64,000 nucleotides of DNA from Candidatus Woesearchaeota archaeon (lineage in GTDB: Archaea > Nanobdellota > Nanobdellia > Woesearchaeales > JABGXB01): assembly GCA_018675975.1 (NCBI GenBank), contig JABGXB010000002.1, forward strand, positions 1-64,000, written 5' to 3'. Positions 10,506 through 20,451 of this stretch are shown piece by piece. Made by a program: the position numbers and the translations under genes. Numbering within the stretch: position 1 is the first letter of the stretch; each line of letters begins with the position of its first letter. The notes under the pieces were generated by a model, which saw nothing but the letters and a program-made list of their open reading frames with translations, did not search any database and was not told the DNA's origin.

Positions 10506-11606
10506 TTAAACATTATTTAAATCAAATTTTTCAATAATAATTTTATTTTTGGCAACTTTAATTACATATTCATCAACTTCATTTAAAACACCAAGTTTAC
10601 TTACACTTTCAGGAAGTAATATTCGCTTACCCCTATGATCTAATGTAGTAATCATTTCATGAAAACCATTTTTTATTTTTTTATCAGATAAACCCAATTC
10701 TTGAAATAATTCACCAGTTTCTTTTTTTGTAGATTTAATTTTTAAATCACGAGTTTTTTCAAATAAAAATTTTGCCATATGATCAGCAACATCAATCTTA
10801 GTAGCTTTCATTATACCTTGTAAACCTGGGCTTAAATTTAATTCCAAAACTAAAGGACCTTTTGAATCCATCATTATATCAATAGCACTAATATCACAAC
10901 CCAAAGTTTTTGATGTTCTAACACACATATCTTTTGTAATATCATCAAGTTCAATATTATAACCCTTACCACCTGCATGAATATTACTTCTATTTTCACC
11001 AGATATACTTTTTCTTTCCATACATGCTACAACTTTATCACCAACAACAATAGCTCTAATATCCTTACCACCAGTATCAATAAATTCTTGAATAATAAAT
11101 GGTTGTTTTAATGCACCCATAGCATCTAAAATACTTTTTGCACTTTCTTTACTATCTGCAAACATCACACCCTTACCATGAGTACCATTTGGCATTTTCA
11201 TAACAATTGGATAACTAATATTATTTAGAGTTCTTTTTGTAGCTTGATCAGAACTTGCATAATATGCTACAGGCATAGAAATATTTTTCGTATTAAAAGC
11301 AATTTGACTTAAAAATTTATCATGACCTATTAAAAAACTTTCAGCAGACATAGGCATATAACAAAATTGTTCTAATGTTTTAGAAATTGCATGAAGTATT
11401 TGAGCATATTTAAAAGAACCTCTTGCAAGAATACAATCATATTTTTTTAAACTTTCACCATCATATAATATTTGCATAGAACCTGCTTTCATCAATACTT
11501 CAAATTTTTTTATATTTAACATATCAACTTTATCAAAATAATTATTCATAGATTCAGCAATTAATTTTGAAGAAGTACCATTTAAAGATATTATCGCAGC
11601 TTTCAT
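10506..11606 (-). CDS. rimK: RimK-family ATP-grasp alpha-L-glutamate ligase with C-terminal extension
   Basis: HDKF, PIVMKMPNGTHGKGV, IQEFI, DIRAIVVG, RSNIHAGG, LELNLSPG. Confidence 0.88.
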   Translation of the reverse strand: MKAAIISLNGTSSKLIAESMNNYFDKVDMLNIKKFEVLMKAGSMQILYDGESLKKYDCILARGSFKYAQILHAISKTLEQFCYMPMSAESFLIGHDKFLSQIAFNTKNISMPVAYYASSDQATKRTLNNISYPIVMKMPNGTHGKGVMFADSKESAKSILDAMGALKQPFIIQEFIDTGGKDIRAIVVGDKVVACMERKSISGENRSNIHAGGKGYNIELDDITKDMCVRTSKTLGCDISAIDIMMDSKGPLVLELNLSPGLQGIMKATKIDVADHMAKFLFEKTRDLKIKSTKKETGELFQELGLSDKKIKNGFHEMITTLDHRGKRILLPESVSKLGVLNEVDEYVIKVAKNKIIIEKFDLNNV

Positions 11607-11607
11607 T

Positions 11608-11952
11608 TTAATTTTTTAATTTAGGATTGATTAGAAAAAATCCCTTATTTAATATATTTTGACCTATAAGTACTTGATATCTCATATGAGATCTATCTGC
11701 AAGAGAAAATTCTTCTTTAATTAAAATTCCACTAATATTTAATTGAATTAAAACTATATCACGCACACTTCTCCCATGAGCATTTCTAACTTTAATTTGT
11801 CTTACTTTTTTTTTAAAACCAAGCTCATGTGCTAATTTAATGTCTATTGAAGACATGGTAGCACCAGTATCAATACGAGCATTTAATTGCGTTTCTTTAT
11901 TGAAAATTACTTTTTCTACTAAACCAATTATTGACATCTTTTGTAAATCCAT
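11608..11952 (-). CDS. RimK-associated retropepsin-like protease
   Basis: IIGLVE, ARIDTGATMSSID, LADRSHMRYQVLIG; directly upstream of rimK. Confidence 0.85.
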   Translation of the reverse strand: MDLQKMSIIGLVEKVIFNKETQLNARIDTGATMSSIDIKLAHELGFKKKVRQIKVRNAHGRSVRDIVLIQLNISGILIKEEFSLADRSHMRYQVLIGQNILNKGFFLINPKLKN

Positions 11953-12089
11953 AATACTTTTTCAAATATATTTTTTAAAAACTTTTGGTTTTAAAACAAT
12001 TATATTGAATTTGAAAAAACTTATAAATAAAACCAATAATCTTTCAATAAGGTAAATTCTAGTATAATTTTCACATTTAGAGGTGTTTA

Positions 12090-12719
12090 ATGGAACAAAT
12101 GAAGACAGGTACAACAATTTTAGGAATTAAATGTAAAGATGGAGTAATTCTTGCATCCGATTATAGAATGACAATGGGCTACTTAAGAGCCGGAAAAATG
12201 AAAAAAATAATACCACTTACAGATAAAATATCTGCAGCTGTTGCAGGTTCAGTAAGTGAAGCTCAACAATCCACAAGATATTTACAAGCTGAGTTAAGAT
12301 TAAATCAATTAAAATTAAAAAGAGAAATGCAAGTAAGAGAAGCTGCAAATTTTGCATGTTCAATGTTATATTCAAATATTAAATATCCAACATCATACAA
12401 TTTTATGTATTGTGCACTTTTAATTGCAGGATATGATTTACATGGTGGTCACCTTTTTGCAGCACAACCTGATGGAAGTATACAAGAATGTGATGATTAT
12501 ATTTGTGATGGTTCTGGAATGGAATTTGCACTTTCAATAATAGAAGCTGAATGGAAAAAAGACATAACATGTGCAGAAGCAAAACATTTAGCAATTAAAG
12601 CAGTAAATGCAGCAATATCAAGAGACATTGCATCAGGTGATGCCATTTCAGTATTTCAATTTACTAAAGATGGAACAAAAGAAGTATTTTATGGTCAAAA
12701 TGATTTAGAAGTTAAATGA
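12090..12719 (+). CDS. psmB: Proteasome beta subunit
   Basis: KTG/TTILG propeptide junction, ASDYRMT, GSG, RDIASG; SD GAGGTG. Confidence 0.93.
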   Translation: MEQMKTGTTILGIKCKDGVILASDYRMTMGYLRAGKMKKIIPLTDKISAAVAGSVSEAQQSTRYLQAELRLNQLKLKREMQVREAANFACSMLYSNIKYPTSYNFMYCALLIAGYDLHGGHLFAAQPDGSIQECDDYICDGSGMEFALSIIEAEWKKDITCAEAKHLAIKAVNAAISRDIASGDAISVFQFTKDGTKEVFYGQNDLEVK

Positions 12720-12753
12720 TTTTTAAATAAAAATAATTAAATGAGTAAAAAAA

Positions 12754-14649
12754 ATGTCTGATATATTAAAAGAAATAGTAGCAAAATTACCTGAAAGGTC
12801 AATATCTCATTCATGTTTTGAAGCTGCTAATATAATATTATATTCTAAAGACAAATCTATTGTTCAAGGAAATGGAAGTTTAATTAAAAGTTTAGTAAGA
12901 GAATTTAAAAAAAGAATTGAATTAAGACCAGATCCAGAACTTTGTTTGAATATAGAAGAAACTGAAAAAATAATTAGAGAAATTATTCCAGAGGAAGCAG
13001 TCATTAATAGAATTTTATTTGATGAGCAAAGATCAAAAATAACAATTGAAGTTGAAAAGCCAGGATTAGCAATTGGAAAAAATGCATCACTATTAAAAGA
13101 AATTAAAGATAAAACATTTTGGATTGCAAATATAACACGAACACCTGCAATACCATGTCAAATTATAGAAAATATTAGAGCTGTATTATATGAAAATAAT
13201 GATGAGCGAAAAAAATTTCTAAATAGAGTTGGACACCGAATTTATGATGGTTGGTTAAGAGGAAAAAAACAAGAGTGGATTAGATTATCATATTTAGGTG
13301 GAGCAAGAGAAGTTGGACGGAGTTGTATTTTTTTACAAACTAGTGAATCTAGAATTTTAATTGATTGTGGAATTAATGTTGCAAATGAAAAAGAAGTATT
13401 TCCATTTTTAGAAGCACCAGAATTTGATATTAATGAATTAGATGCAATTATAATATCCCATGCAAATTTAGATCATGCATGTTTAGTTCCTTATTTATTT
13501 AGATTTGGATATAGTGGTCCTATTTATGCAACAGAACCTACAAGAGATATTATGGCACTTTTACAATTTGATTATATTAAACAAATAAAAGCAGAAGGTA
13601 AAGAACCATTATATTCACCAGATGAAATTAAAAAACAAATTAAACAATGTATTACTTTATCATTTGAAGAAGTTACTGACGTTACTCCAGATATTAGATT
13701 AACGTTTTACAATAGTGGACATGTTATTGGAAGTTCATTAGTTCATATTAACATTGGTAATGGCCTTCATAATTTAATGTTTACAAGTAATTTTAGAATG
13801 CAACATACAAAATTATTAATTGGTGCAATTAGTAAATTTACACGATTAGAAACTTTAATGATAGAAGCAACTTATGGAGGAACGGATTGTAATTTACCAT
13901 CGCGAGTTGAAACTGAAAGACAAATAAAAACACACATTAAAAAAGCAATTGAGCGGAATGGAAAAATATTAATGCCAGTAAGTGGAGTTGGACGTGCTCA
14001 AGAAGCACTTTTAATTTTCGAAGAAATGTTTAGAGAAAAAACAATTAAAGAAGTACCTGTTTACATAGATGGTTCTGTTTGGGATATTACTGCAATTCAT
14101 ACAGCATATCCAGAATATTTAAACAATTATATTAAACAATCAATTTTTCATAAAGATCAAAATCCTTTCTTAAATAAAAATTTTAAAAATATATCAAGTC
14201 GAAAAGGAAGAAGTGATTTAGTAGAATCTGAAGGGCCAGCAATTATTCTTGCAACAAGTGCAATGCTTACAACAGGACCGAGTGTTTATTATTTTAAAGA
14301 ACTTGCAAGTGATCAAAAAAATATGATTATTTTTACAGCATTTTTATCAAATGGAACTTTAGGAAGAAGATTACAAGCTGGAGAAAGAACTTATAATTTT
14401 GAAAATACTGCAGGAAAAAATGAACCTATTGAAGCAAAATTAGAAATTGTTACAATTGATGGTTTTAGTGGTAATGCAGGAAGGGGAGAGTTAATGACAT
14501 ATTTGTCAAAACTCGATCCAAAACCAAAAAGAGTTATTTGTAGTTATGGTGAAACCAATAGAGTTATTGATCTAGCGAGTAGTATTCATAGAAAGTATAA
14601 AATTGAAACAAATACTCCAAGAAATTTAGATACGTTAAGATTAAGATAA
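12754..14649 (+). CDS. fttA: aCPSF1/FttA KH-domain beta-CASP protein with degenerate catalytic motifs
   Basis: N-terminal KH domains (EKPGLAIGK), LGGAREVGRS, IDCG, EATYG, C-terminal NLDTLRL; adjacent to psmB as in many archaea. Confidence 0.92.
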   Translation: MSDILKEIVAKLPERSISHSCFEAANIILYSKDKSIVQGNGSLIKSLVREFKKRIELRPDPELCLNIEETEKIIREIIPEEAVINRILFDEQRSKITIEVEKPGLAIGKNASLLKEIKDKTFWIANITRTPAIPCQIIENIRAVLYENNDERKKFLNRVGHRIYDGWLRGKKQEWIRLSYLGGAREVGRSCIFLQTSESRILIDCGINVANEKEVFPFLEAPEFDINELDAIIISHANLDHACLVPYLFRFGYSGPIYATEPTRDIMALLQFDYIKQIKAEGKEPLYSPDEIKKQIKQCITLSFEEVTDVTPDIRLTFYNSGHVIGSSLVHINIGNGLHNLMFTSNFRMQHTKLLIGAISKFTRLETLMIEATYGGTDCNLPSRVETERQIKTHIKKAIERNGKILMPVSGVGRAQEALLIFEEMFREKTIKEVPVYIDGSVWDITAIHTAYPEYLNNYIKQSIFHKDQNPFLNKNFKNISSRKGRSDLVESEGPAIILATSAMLTTGPSVYYFKELASDQKNMIIFTAFLSNGTLGRRLQAGERTYNFENTAGKNEPIEAKLEIVTIDGFSGNAGRGELMTYLSKLDPKPKRVICSYGETNRVIDLASSIHRKYKIETNTPRNLDTLRLR

Positions 14650-14729
14650 TTCTTTTAATTTAATAATTTTAAAAACTCTTTATAAATAATATAAAACAAA
14701 TTTATAAATAATAAATAAGTCGTTTCCAC

Positions 14730-15287
14730 ATGGACATTGGAGAATATAAAGGTTTTAAATTAAGTTCTTTAAACAACGAAATGATTATATTTAAAGAAAC
14801 CTTATCTAATCGTATGAGAGATTTAGATAGACTCTATCATTTTCAAAACGACAATCGAATTACAGGTTCTTCAAATTCTAAATCATATCATATTTTTCTA
14901 AATGCAATTGATAAAAACTGGCAAGAAATACAATCACTCGATCCATCTCAAAAAAATGCAATGAGTGGCATAATGTCAAAAATTGAAAACTTTTCAAAAT
15001 CATATTTAAGATGCATTTCCTATAAACAAATGATAATTGATGCTAAACCTCAGGAATTTACAACAGGTGATTATCAACACACTGGAAAACATGGAATGAA
15101 AATTACTTTATTTGAACATAAAATACAATTAATTTTATCTTCTTTATACGACTGTAGTTTACAAGGATGTAATATACCAACATTAATTAGGGAAGTAGAT
15201 AAAAAAGATATACCTCAAATAAAATCTGGATTAAAAGAACCTACTTTTGAATATATTAAATCTCTTTTTAATTTTAAAAATAATTAA
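14730..15287 (+). CDS. Hypothetical protein (possible partner of the convergent toxin-like gene)
   Basis: 185-aa ORF with TTTATAAA box upstream; 4-nt overlap with convergent gene. Confidence 0.55.
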   Translation: MDIGEYKGFKLSSLNNEMIIFKETLSNRMRDLDRLYHFQNDNRITGSSNSKSYHIFLNAIDKNWQEIQSLDPSQKNAMSGIMSKIENFSKSYLRCISYKQMIIDAKPQEFTTGDYQHTGKHGMKITLFEHKIQLILSSLYDCSLQGCNIPTLIREVDKKDIPQIKSGLKEPTFEYIKSLFNFKNN

Positions 15288-16174
15288 TAATTAGTTATAT
15301 CTTCTTTATCGTCATAATTTTTATTATAAGTTGCTCCACCAGAAACTTGTTTCCAATGTGCCCTTTTTGAAAAATATAAAAATACATCTTCAGTCTGTTC
15401 ATTGAAAGATTTTATATTTGTTCTATCATAAAAATGACCAGTTCCTGAATTAAAATGTTTTATTTTTCCACGTTCCATAAATAATTCACCTGCACCATAA
15501 ACTGATTTTCCAGCAGTTAATGTTGGATGTGCAAGTTTATAACCATAAACATCAATAATATATCTATGTTTTTTCTTTCGACTTCTAGAACCAATTACAA
15601 AATTTCCATCATTATCAATTACCCAAATATACCAACCATCTTCTAAATTATTATAATGTTTAAGTTTACCATTTTTATCAGTATGTGAATTAACATCAAA
15701 AACTCTTCCACTTTTTGAAGCATGAGAAGTATAAAATAATTGTTCATATGAATTTTTTTCATACTTATTATTATTTGTTTCTAAAATTTCACTACCAGAA
15801 ATACTTTTTGCAATTTGTTTTTGTATAGGGGTTTGCTTTTTATCCTTTTTTGATCTTCTTAAATAACCTATATCGAAATCTTTAATTGCCATCCTAGGAT
15901 CATATTTATGTAATTGCCAACAATTTTCTTTTGCATGTGTTTTCCAATCTAAATTATCTAATTTTGACTCTAAAGAATCAAGTTTAATTACAAATAAAAT
16001 AGAAATAAAAATTAATAATAAATAAATTATTGGATTTAAATTTAATAATATTGAATTGTTAATTGAAAATTTATCAATTATGAAATTTCCAGTAATAGTG
16101 CCAGATTTGAATAATAATATTATAAATAAAAAACACCACAATATAATCAACAATTTATAAAAATTTAATCTCAC
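15284..16174 (-). CDS. Membrane-anchored protein with putative toxin/nuclease-like C-terminal domain
   Basis: Two TM helices flanking ITGNFI; C-terminal YIWVID...HPTL...VYGAGE...NSGTGHF. Confidence 0.6.
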   Translation of the reverse strand: MRLNFYKLLIILWCFLFIILLFKSGTITGNFIIDKFSINNSILLNLNPIIYLLLIFISILFVIKLDSLESKLDNLDWKTHAKENCWQLHKYDPRMAIKDFDIGYLRRSKKDKKQTPIQKQIAKSISGSEILETNNNKYEKNSYEQLFYTSHASKSGRVFDVNSHTDKNGKLKHYNNLEDGWYIWVIDNDGNFVIGSRSRKKKHRYIIDVYGYKLAHPTLTAGKSVYGAGELFMERGKIKHFNSGTGHFYDRTNIKSFNEQTEDVFLYFSKRAHWKQVSGGATYNKNYDDKEDITNY

Positions 16175-16254
16175 AAAATAAAAATCTCTTTTTATAATTA
16201 TAATTGTTTGGATTATTACAATAACTTTTTATACTCATTTTTATTAAAATATTT

Positions 16255-17493
16255 ATGAAATATAATAGTTTTAAACTTTCAAATGGATTAGAAATATATT
16301 TTATTAAACAAAAATCTAGTATAATTTCTGCAGAAATTGATGTAAACTGGGCACCAAGAGATGAACCAAAAGGTAAAGAAGGAATATCACATTTTTTAGA
16401 ACATATTATTTGGAATTCAGGTTCTGTTAAATTAGATAGTAAAAAAGTTAAAGAAATTAAAAGAAAATTTGGTATGTCGAATGCAGCAACAGCAAAAGAC
16501 AGAACTTATTATTTTGCACAATTTTTTAAAAATAGATTTGAATTATTTTTAGAATTAATTAGTGAATTAGTTTTAAATAATAATTTTGAAACTGAAATAA
16601 TAAAGAAAGAAAAAGAAAGAGTTCTAAGAGAAATATCAGATAAAACCGGAAATGTAGAATATAAGGATATTAATAATTTTAGAAAAAAGTTTTTATTTAA
16701 TACAATACATAATCGCAGACCACTAGGATATTATGATTCAGTTGTCAATATAGATAGAAAAGATTTAATTGAATATTACAAAAAAGGATATGTAATAAAT
16801 AATATGAAATTAATATTAGTCGGAGAACTACCTTCAAATTTTAAAACATTAGTTAAAAAATATTTTGATAAATTTAAATCAAAAAAAGTAATACATAAAA
16901 AGTTTGAAAAAATTTCTTTGATGAAAAAAAAAATGATTAGTCATGTCAGTGCAAAAGAATTATTAAATAAAAATAATATAAAAAATAGTAGCGCACATAT
17001 GATAATTGAATTCTTTGCGCCAGAATTATTTCATAAAGATTTTGCTGCAATGGATATTGCAAATACTATTATTGGTGGCCCTAATTCAAAGTTACATAAT
17101 AAAATTAGTCGTGATGAAGGATTAGCTTATAGTATTTATTCTCATTATATTTGTAGATTTGGAATTGGACATATAATAATTAATACTAAAGTTAATGCAG
17201 ATAAAATCAAAAAAGCACAAAAATTAATATTTGATGTTATAAATAATTTTGAAAAGGATTTAAAACAATTAGATATTGATTTTGCAAAAGAGTCTTTAAT
17301 ATTTAGAAAATTTAAATCAATGGATTCTGGATATGGAGCTTTAATGTCCATTAGTGAATCTCTGTCAAGTGGATTAAGTTATGAAAATTATTTAAAATTA
17401 ATTAAAAAAGTTACAATTGAAGACGTAAAAAAAGTAGTTAAAAAATATTTAACTAAAAATCATGCAATTTTAATACGAGATCCTTTAAAATAA
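16255..17493 (+). CDS. M16 family zinc peptidase
   Basis: GISHFLEH inverted Zn motif, NAAT, EKERVLRE, SRDEGLAYSI. Confidence 0.9.
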   Translation: MKYNSFKLSNGLEIYFIKQKSSIISAEIDVNWAPRDEPKGKEGISHFLEHIIWNSGSVKLDSKKVKEIKRKFGMSNAATAKDRTYYFAQFFKNRFELFLELISELVLNNNFETEIIKKEKERVLREISDKTGNVEYKDINNFRKKFLFNTIHNRRPLGYYDSVVNIDRKDLIEYYKKGYVINNMKLILVGELPSNFKTLVKKYFDKFKSKKVIHKKFEKISLMKKKMISHVSAKELLNKNNIKNSSAHMIIEFFAPELFHKDFAAMDIANTIIGGPNSKLHNKISRDEGLAYSIYSHYICRFGIGHIIINTKVNADKIKKAQKLIFDVINNFEKDLKQLDIDFAKESLIFRKFKSMDSGYGALMSISESLSSGLSYENYLKLIKKVTIEDVKKVVKKYLTKNHAILIRDPLK

Positions 17494-17497
17494 TTAT

Positions 17498-18616
17498 TTA
17501 TTTTTTTTCAAATCTTTTTGTAAACTCCTCTTTAAATTCTTTAAAACGTTTTTCTTTTATTGCAATTTTTGCATCTTCAATCATTCGTTTAATAAATCTA
17601 ATATTGTGTAAACTTTTTAATCTAAGTGCAGATGTTTCCTCTATTTTTGATAAATGATTAATATATGCACGAGAATAATTTAAACATGCAATACAATCAC
17701 AATCTTTTTCTATTGGATTATTATCATTTTTATGTTTACCACGATTTAAATAAATTAATCCGTCTTTTGTGAAAAGAGTATTATGTCTTGCAACTTTTGT
17801 TGGATAAACTGAATCAAATACGTCAACTCCTTTTTCAATCATATTTAATATATCAAGAGGTGTTCCTAAACCCATAATATATTTAGGTTTTTCTCTTGGT
17901 AAATGAACTATTGCAGAATTAACAGCCATATACATTTCTTCTTTTGGTTCACCAATTGCAACACCACCAATTGCAATTCCATCAAAATTTAAACTAGAGA
18001 TATATTTTGCAGATTCTTTTCTTAAATCTTCATAAAAATTACCTTGTACTATTCCAAATAACATTTGATTGGAATTTTTTTCAATTTTTAATTTATTGTG
18101 AAAATCTAAACTTAATTTACCCCATTTATGTGTCAATTCCATTGCTTCTTTTGCTTGATCATAACTCGCACCATATGGTGCCATATCATCTAACATCATT
18201 GCTACATCACTACCAATTTCTAATTGTATATTCATAATTGATTTTGGTGTTATTTTAAATTTTTGATTATTATATGGATTTAAAAAATTTAAACCAGTAT
18301 TATCTTTACCTTGAAAAAAATGTCTACTTGCTTGAAAACCACCACAATCTGTAAATATACATCCATTAAAATTCATAAATTTATGAAGTCCACCCATTTC
18401 TTCTATTAATTGACTACCAGGTCTGAAATTTAATATTAATGCATTTGAAATTATTGAATTATGATCAATTGCAATCAAATCCATAGAAGTATAATGTTTA
18501 CCAACACCACGAGTTGCCACAGCTAAAAATATTGGAGTTTCAATTTGACCATATTGAGTCTTTAAAATTCCAATTCTAGCTTTATTATCCTCGTGTATTA
18601 TTTCAAAATTTTTCAT
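17498..18616 (-). CDS. tgt: Bacterial-type tRNA-guanine transglycosylase
   Basis: ARIG...ETP, GGLHKFMNF, TDCGGFQ, GIVQG, YIMGLG, CDCIAC...HN Zn site; 372 aa with no PUA domain. Confidence 0.92.
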   Translation of the reverse strand: MKNFEIIHEDNKARIGILKTQYGQIETPIFLAVATRGVGKHYTSMDLIAIDHNSIISNALILNFRPGSQLIEEMGGLHKFMNFNGCIFTDCGGFQASRHFFQGKDNTGLNFLNPYNNQKFKITPKSIMNIQLEIGSDVAMMLDDMAPYGASYDQAKEAMELTHKWGKLSLDFHNKLKIEKNSNQMLFGIVQGNFYEDLRKESAKYISSLNFDGIAIGGVAIGEPKEEMYMAVNSAIVHLPREKPKYIMGLGTPLDILNMIEKGVDVFDSVYPTKVARHNTLFTKDGLIYLNRGKHKNDNNPIEKDCDCIACLNYSRAYINHLSKIEETSALRLKSLHNIRFIKRMIEDAKIAIKEKRFKEFKEEFTKRFEKK

Positions 18617-18738
18617 AATTGAAAGATTTTGAATTTATTTATAACACTTATTAAAAATTATATTTGTTCCTTTAAAAAACAAATAATAATTACAATTGAT
18701 TCAATTAACTTTTTAAATATATTATTTGTCAGTTAATT

Positions 18739-20451
18739 ATGTTAATTATAAAAAACTTAGATAAGAGTTTTGAAGATAAACCTATACTCAATGATGCAAA
18801 TTTAGTAATAAATAAAGGAGAGAAAATTGCTTTAATTGGATCAAATGGAACTGGTAAAACTACACTTTTAAGATTAATTTTAGAATTTGATGATGATTTT
18901 TATGGCAATATAGAAAATACATTCAAAACTATTTCATATATGACTCAAGATTTGGATTTGAGAAATCAAAATAAATTATTTAATGAAGCTGTATTATTTG
19001 ATAATAGAATTATTGAAATATATAATAGATTAGAAGAAGTTGAAAATTTAATGTGTGATGATAATACTGTAGCAAATATTGAAACTTATCAAAAATTATT
19101 AGATGAATATGAAAGGTTAAATAAAAAGTTCATTGAACTTGGCGGACATAAATTAGAAGAAAAAGGAAAAAAAGTTTTAACTAATTTAGGATTTAAAGAA
19201 TCACAATTTAACCAACTTGTTGAGACTCTTTCAGGAGGAGAAAAAACTAAATTAAAATTAGCTAAGGCACTTATATGTGAAAGTGATTTTTTAATTTTAG
19301 ATGAACCTACTAATCATTTGGATATTGCAAATATTGTTTGGCTGGAAACATTTTTAAAACAATATAAAGGAAGTTTATTAATTATATCTCATGATAAATA
19401 TTTATTAAATAAAGTTTGTAATCATACTTGCTTAATTATTAATGAAAAAATACAAAAATATAAGGGGAATTATGAAACATTTTATTTAAAATTAAGTGAC
19501 TTAAATAAAAATAATAAAAAAGCCTTAAAAAAAATTGAACAAGAAATTGAAAGATCTAAAAAAATAATCAAAGACTATAAATCATGCTTTGGTGGATTAA
19601 AAAAAAAATTAAAAAATAATTTATATAAATTACATAAAAAATTACATTCACAAAAAATTGGATCTTTAGATATTACTGAAAAAGAAGTAAATATAAAATT
19701 TAATTCTAAAACTTTTATCCAAAGAGAATTTGATTCTGAAAAATATAAAGATTTGGAGGAAGAAAATAGAGATTCACCAGATTTTTTAGAACAAAATCAA
19801 AAATATATAAAACCAATTTTAGAAATTAATAAATTGAGTGTTCAATATGGAGAAAGAGTAATATTAGATAATTTAAATGTCAGAATAATACCAGGAGAAG
19901 TAATTGCTATAATTGGAGCAAATGGAGAGGGAAAAACTACTTTATTAAATGCCATCTATCATTTTTATAAATCTGAAAATATTAAATTTTATTTAGAATT
20001 TAATAGTACTCAAAGTAGATTCCACCAAGATATGGATTTAATTTATTTCGATCAAGAATATAAAAAATTAAATCACAAAAAAAATGTAATGGAAGAATTA
20101 GAAATTGATTATTTTTCAGAGGATTATGAAGACATGAGGAAAATATTATCAAATCTATTATTCACACCAAATCAATTAAAACAAAAAATATATACATTAT
20201 CAGGTGGAGAAAAAGCAAAATTAAATTTTGCAAAAATAATGTTATCTAATTATAATGTAATGATATTAGATGAACCTACAAATCATTTAGATATTAATAC
20301 AAAAGAATTATTATCTCAAGCATTATTAAATTATAATGGAACTGTTCTATTTGTAAGTCATGATAGAGATTTTGTTAAAGAAATAGCTGACAAAGTACTA
20401 TTATTAAAAAATGGAAAATTATGGCCAATTGATAAAAATAAATTAAATTAA
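18739..20451 (+). CDS. ABC-F family ribosome-associated ATPase
   Basis: Two NBDs (GSNGTGKT, GANGEGKT), LSGGEK twice, LDEPTNHLD twice; no TM domains. Confidence 0.92.
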   Translation: MLIIKNLDKSFEDKPILNDANLVINKGEKIALIGSNGTGKTTLLRLILEFDDDFYGNIENTFKTISYMTQDLDLRNQNKLFNEAVLFDNRIIEIYNRLEEVENLMCDDNTVANIETYQKLLDEYERLNKKFIELGGHKLEEKGKKVLTNLGFKESQFNQLVETLSGGEKTKLKLAKALICESDFLILDEPTNHLDIANIVWLETFLKQYKGSLLIISHDKYLLNKVCNHTCLIINEKIQKYKGNYETFYLKLSDLNKNNKKALKKIEQEIERSKKIIKDYKSCFGGLKKKLKNNLYKLHKKLHSQKIGSLDITEKEVNIKFNSKTFIQREFDSEKYKDLEEENRDSPDFLEQNQKYIKPILEINKLSVQYGERVILDNLNVRIIPGEVIAIIGANGEGKTTLLNAIYHFYKSENIKFYLEFNSTQSRFHQDMDLIYFDQEYKKLNHKKNVMEELEIDYFSEDYEDMRKILSNLLFTPNQLKQKIYTLSGGEKAKLNFAKIMLSNYNVMILDEPTNHLDINTKELLSQALLNYNGTVLFVSHDRDFVKEIADKVLLLKNGKLWPIDKNKLN

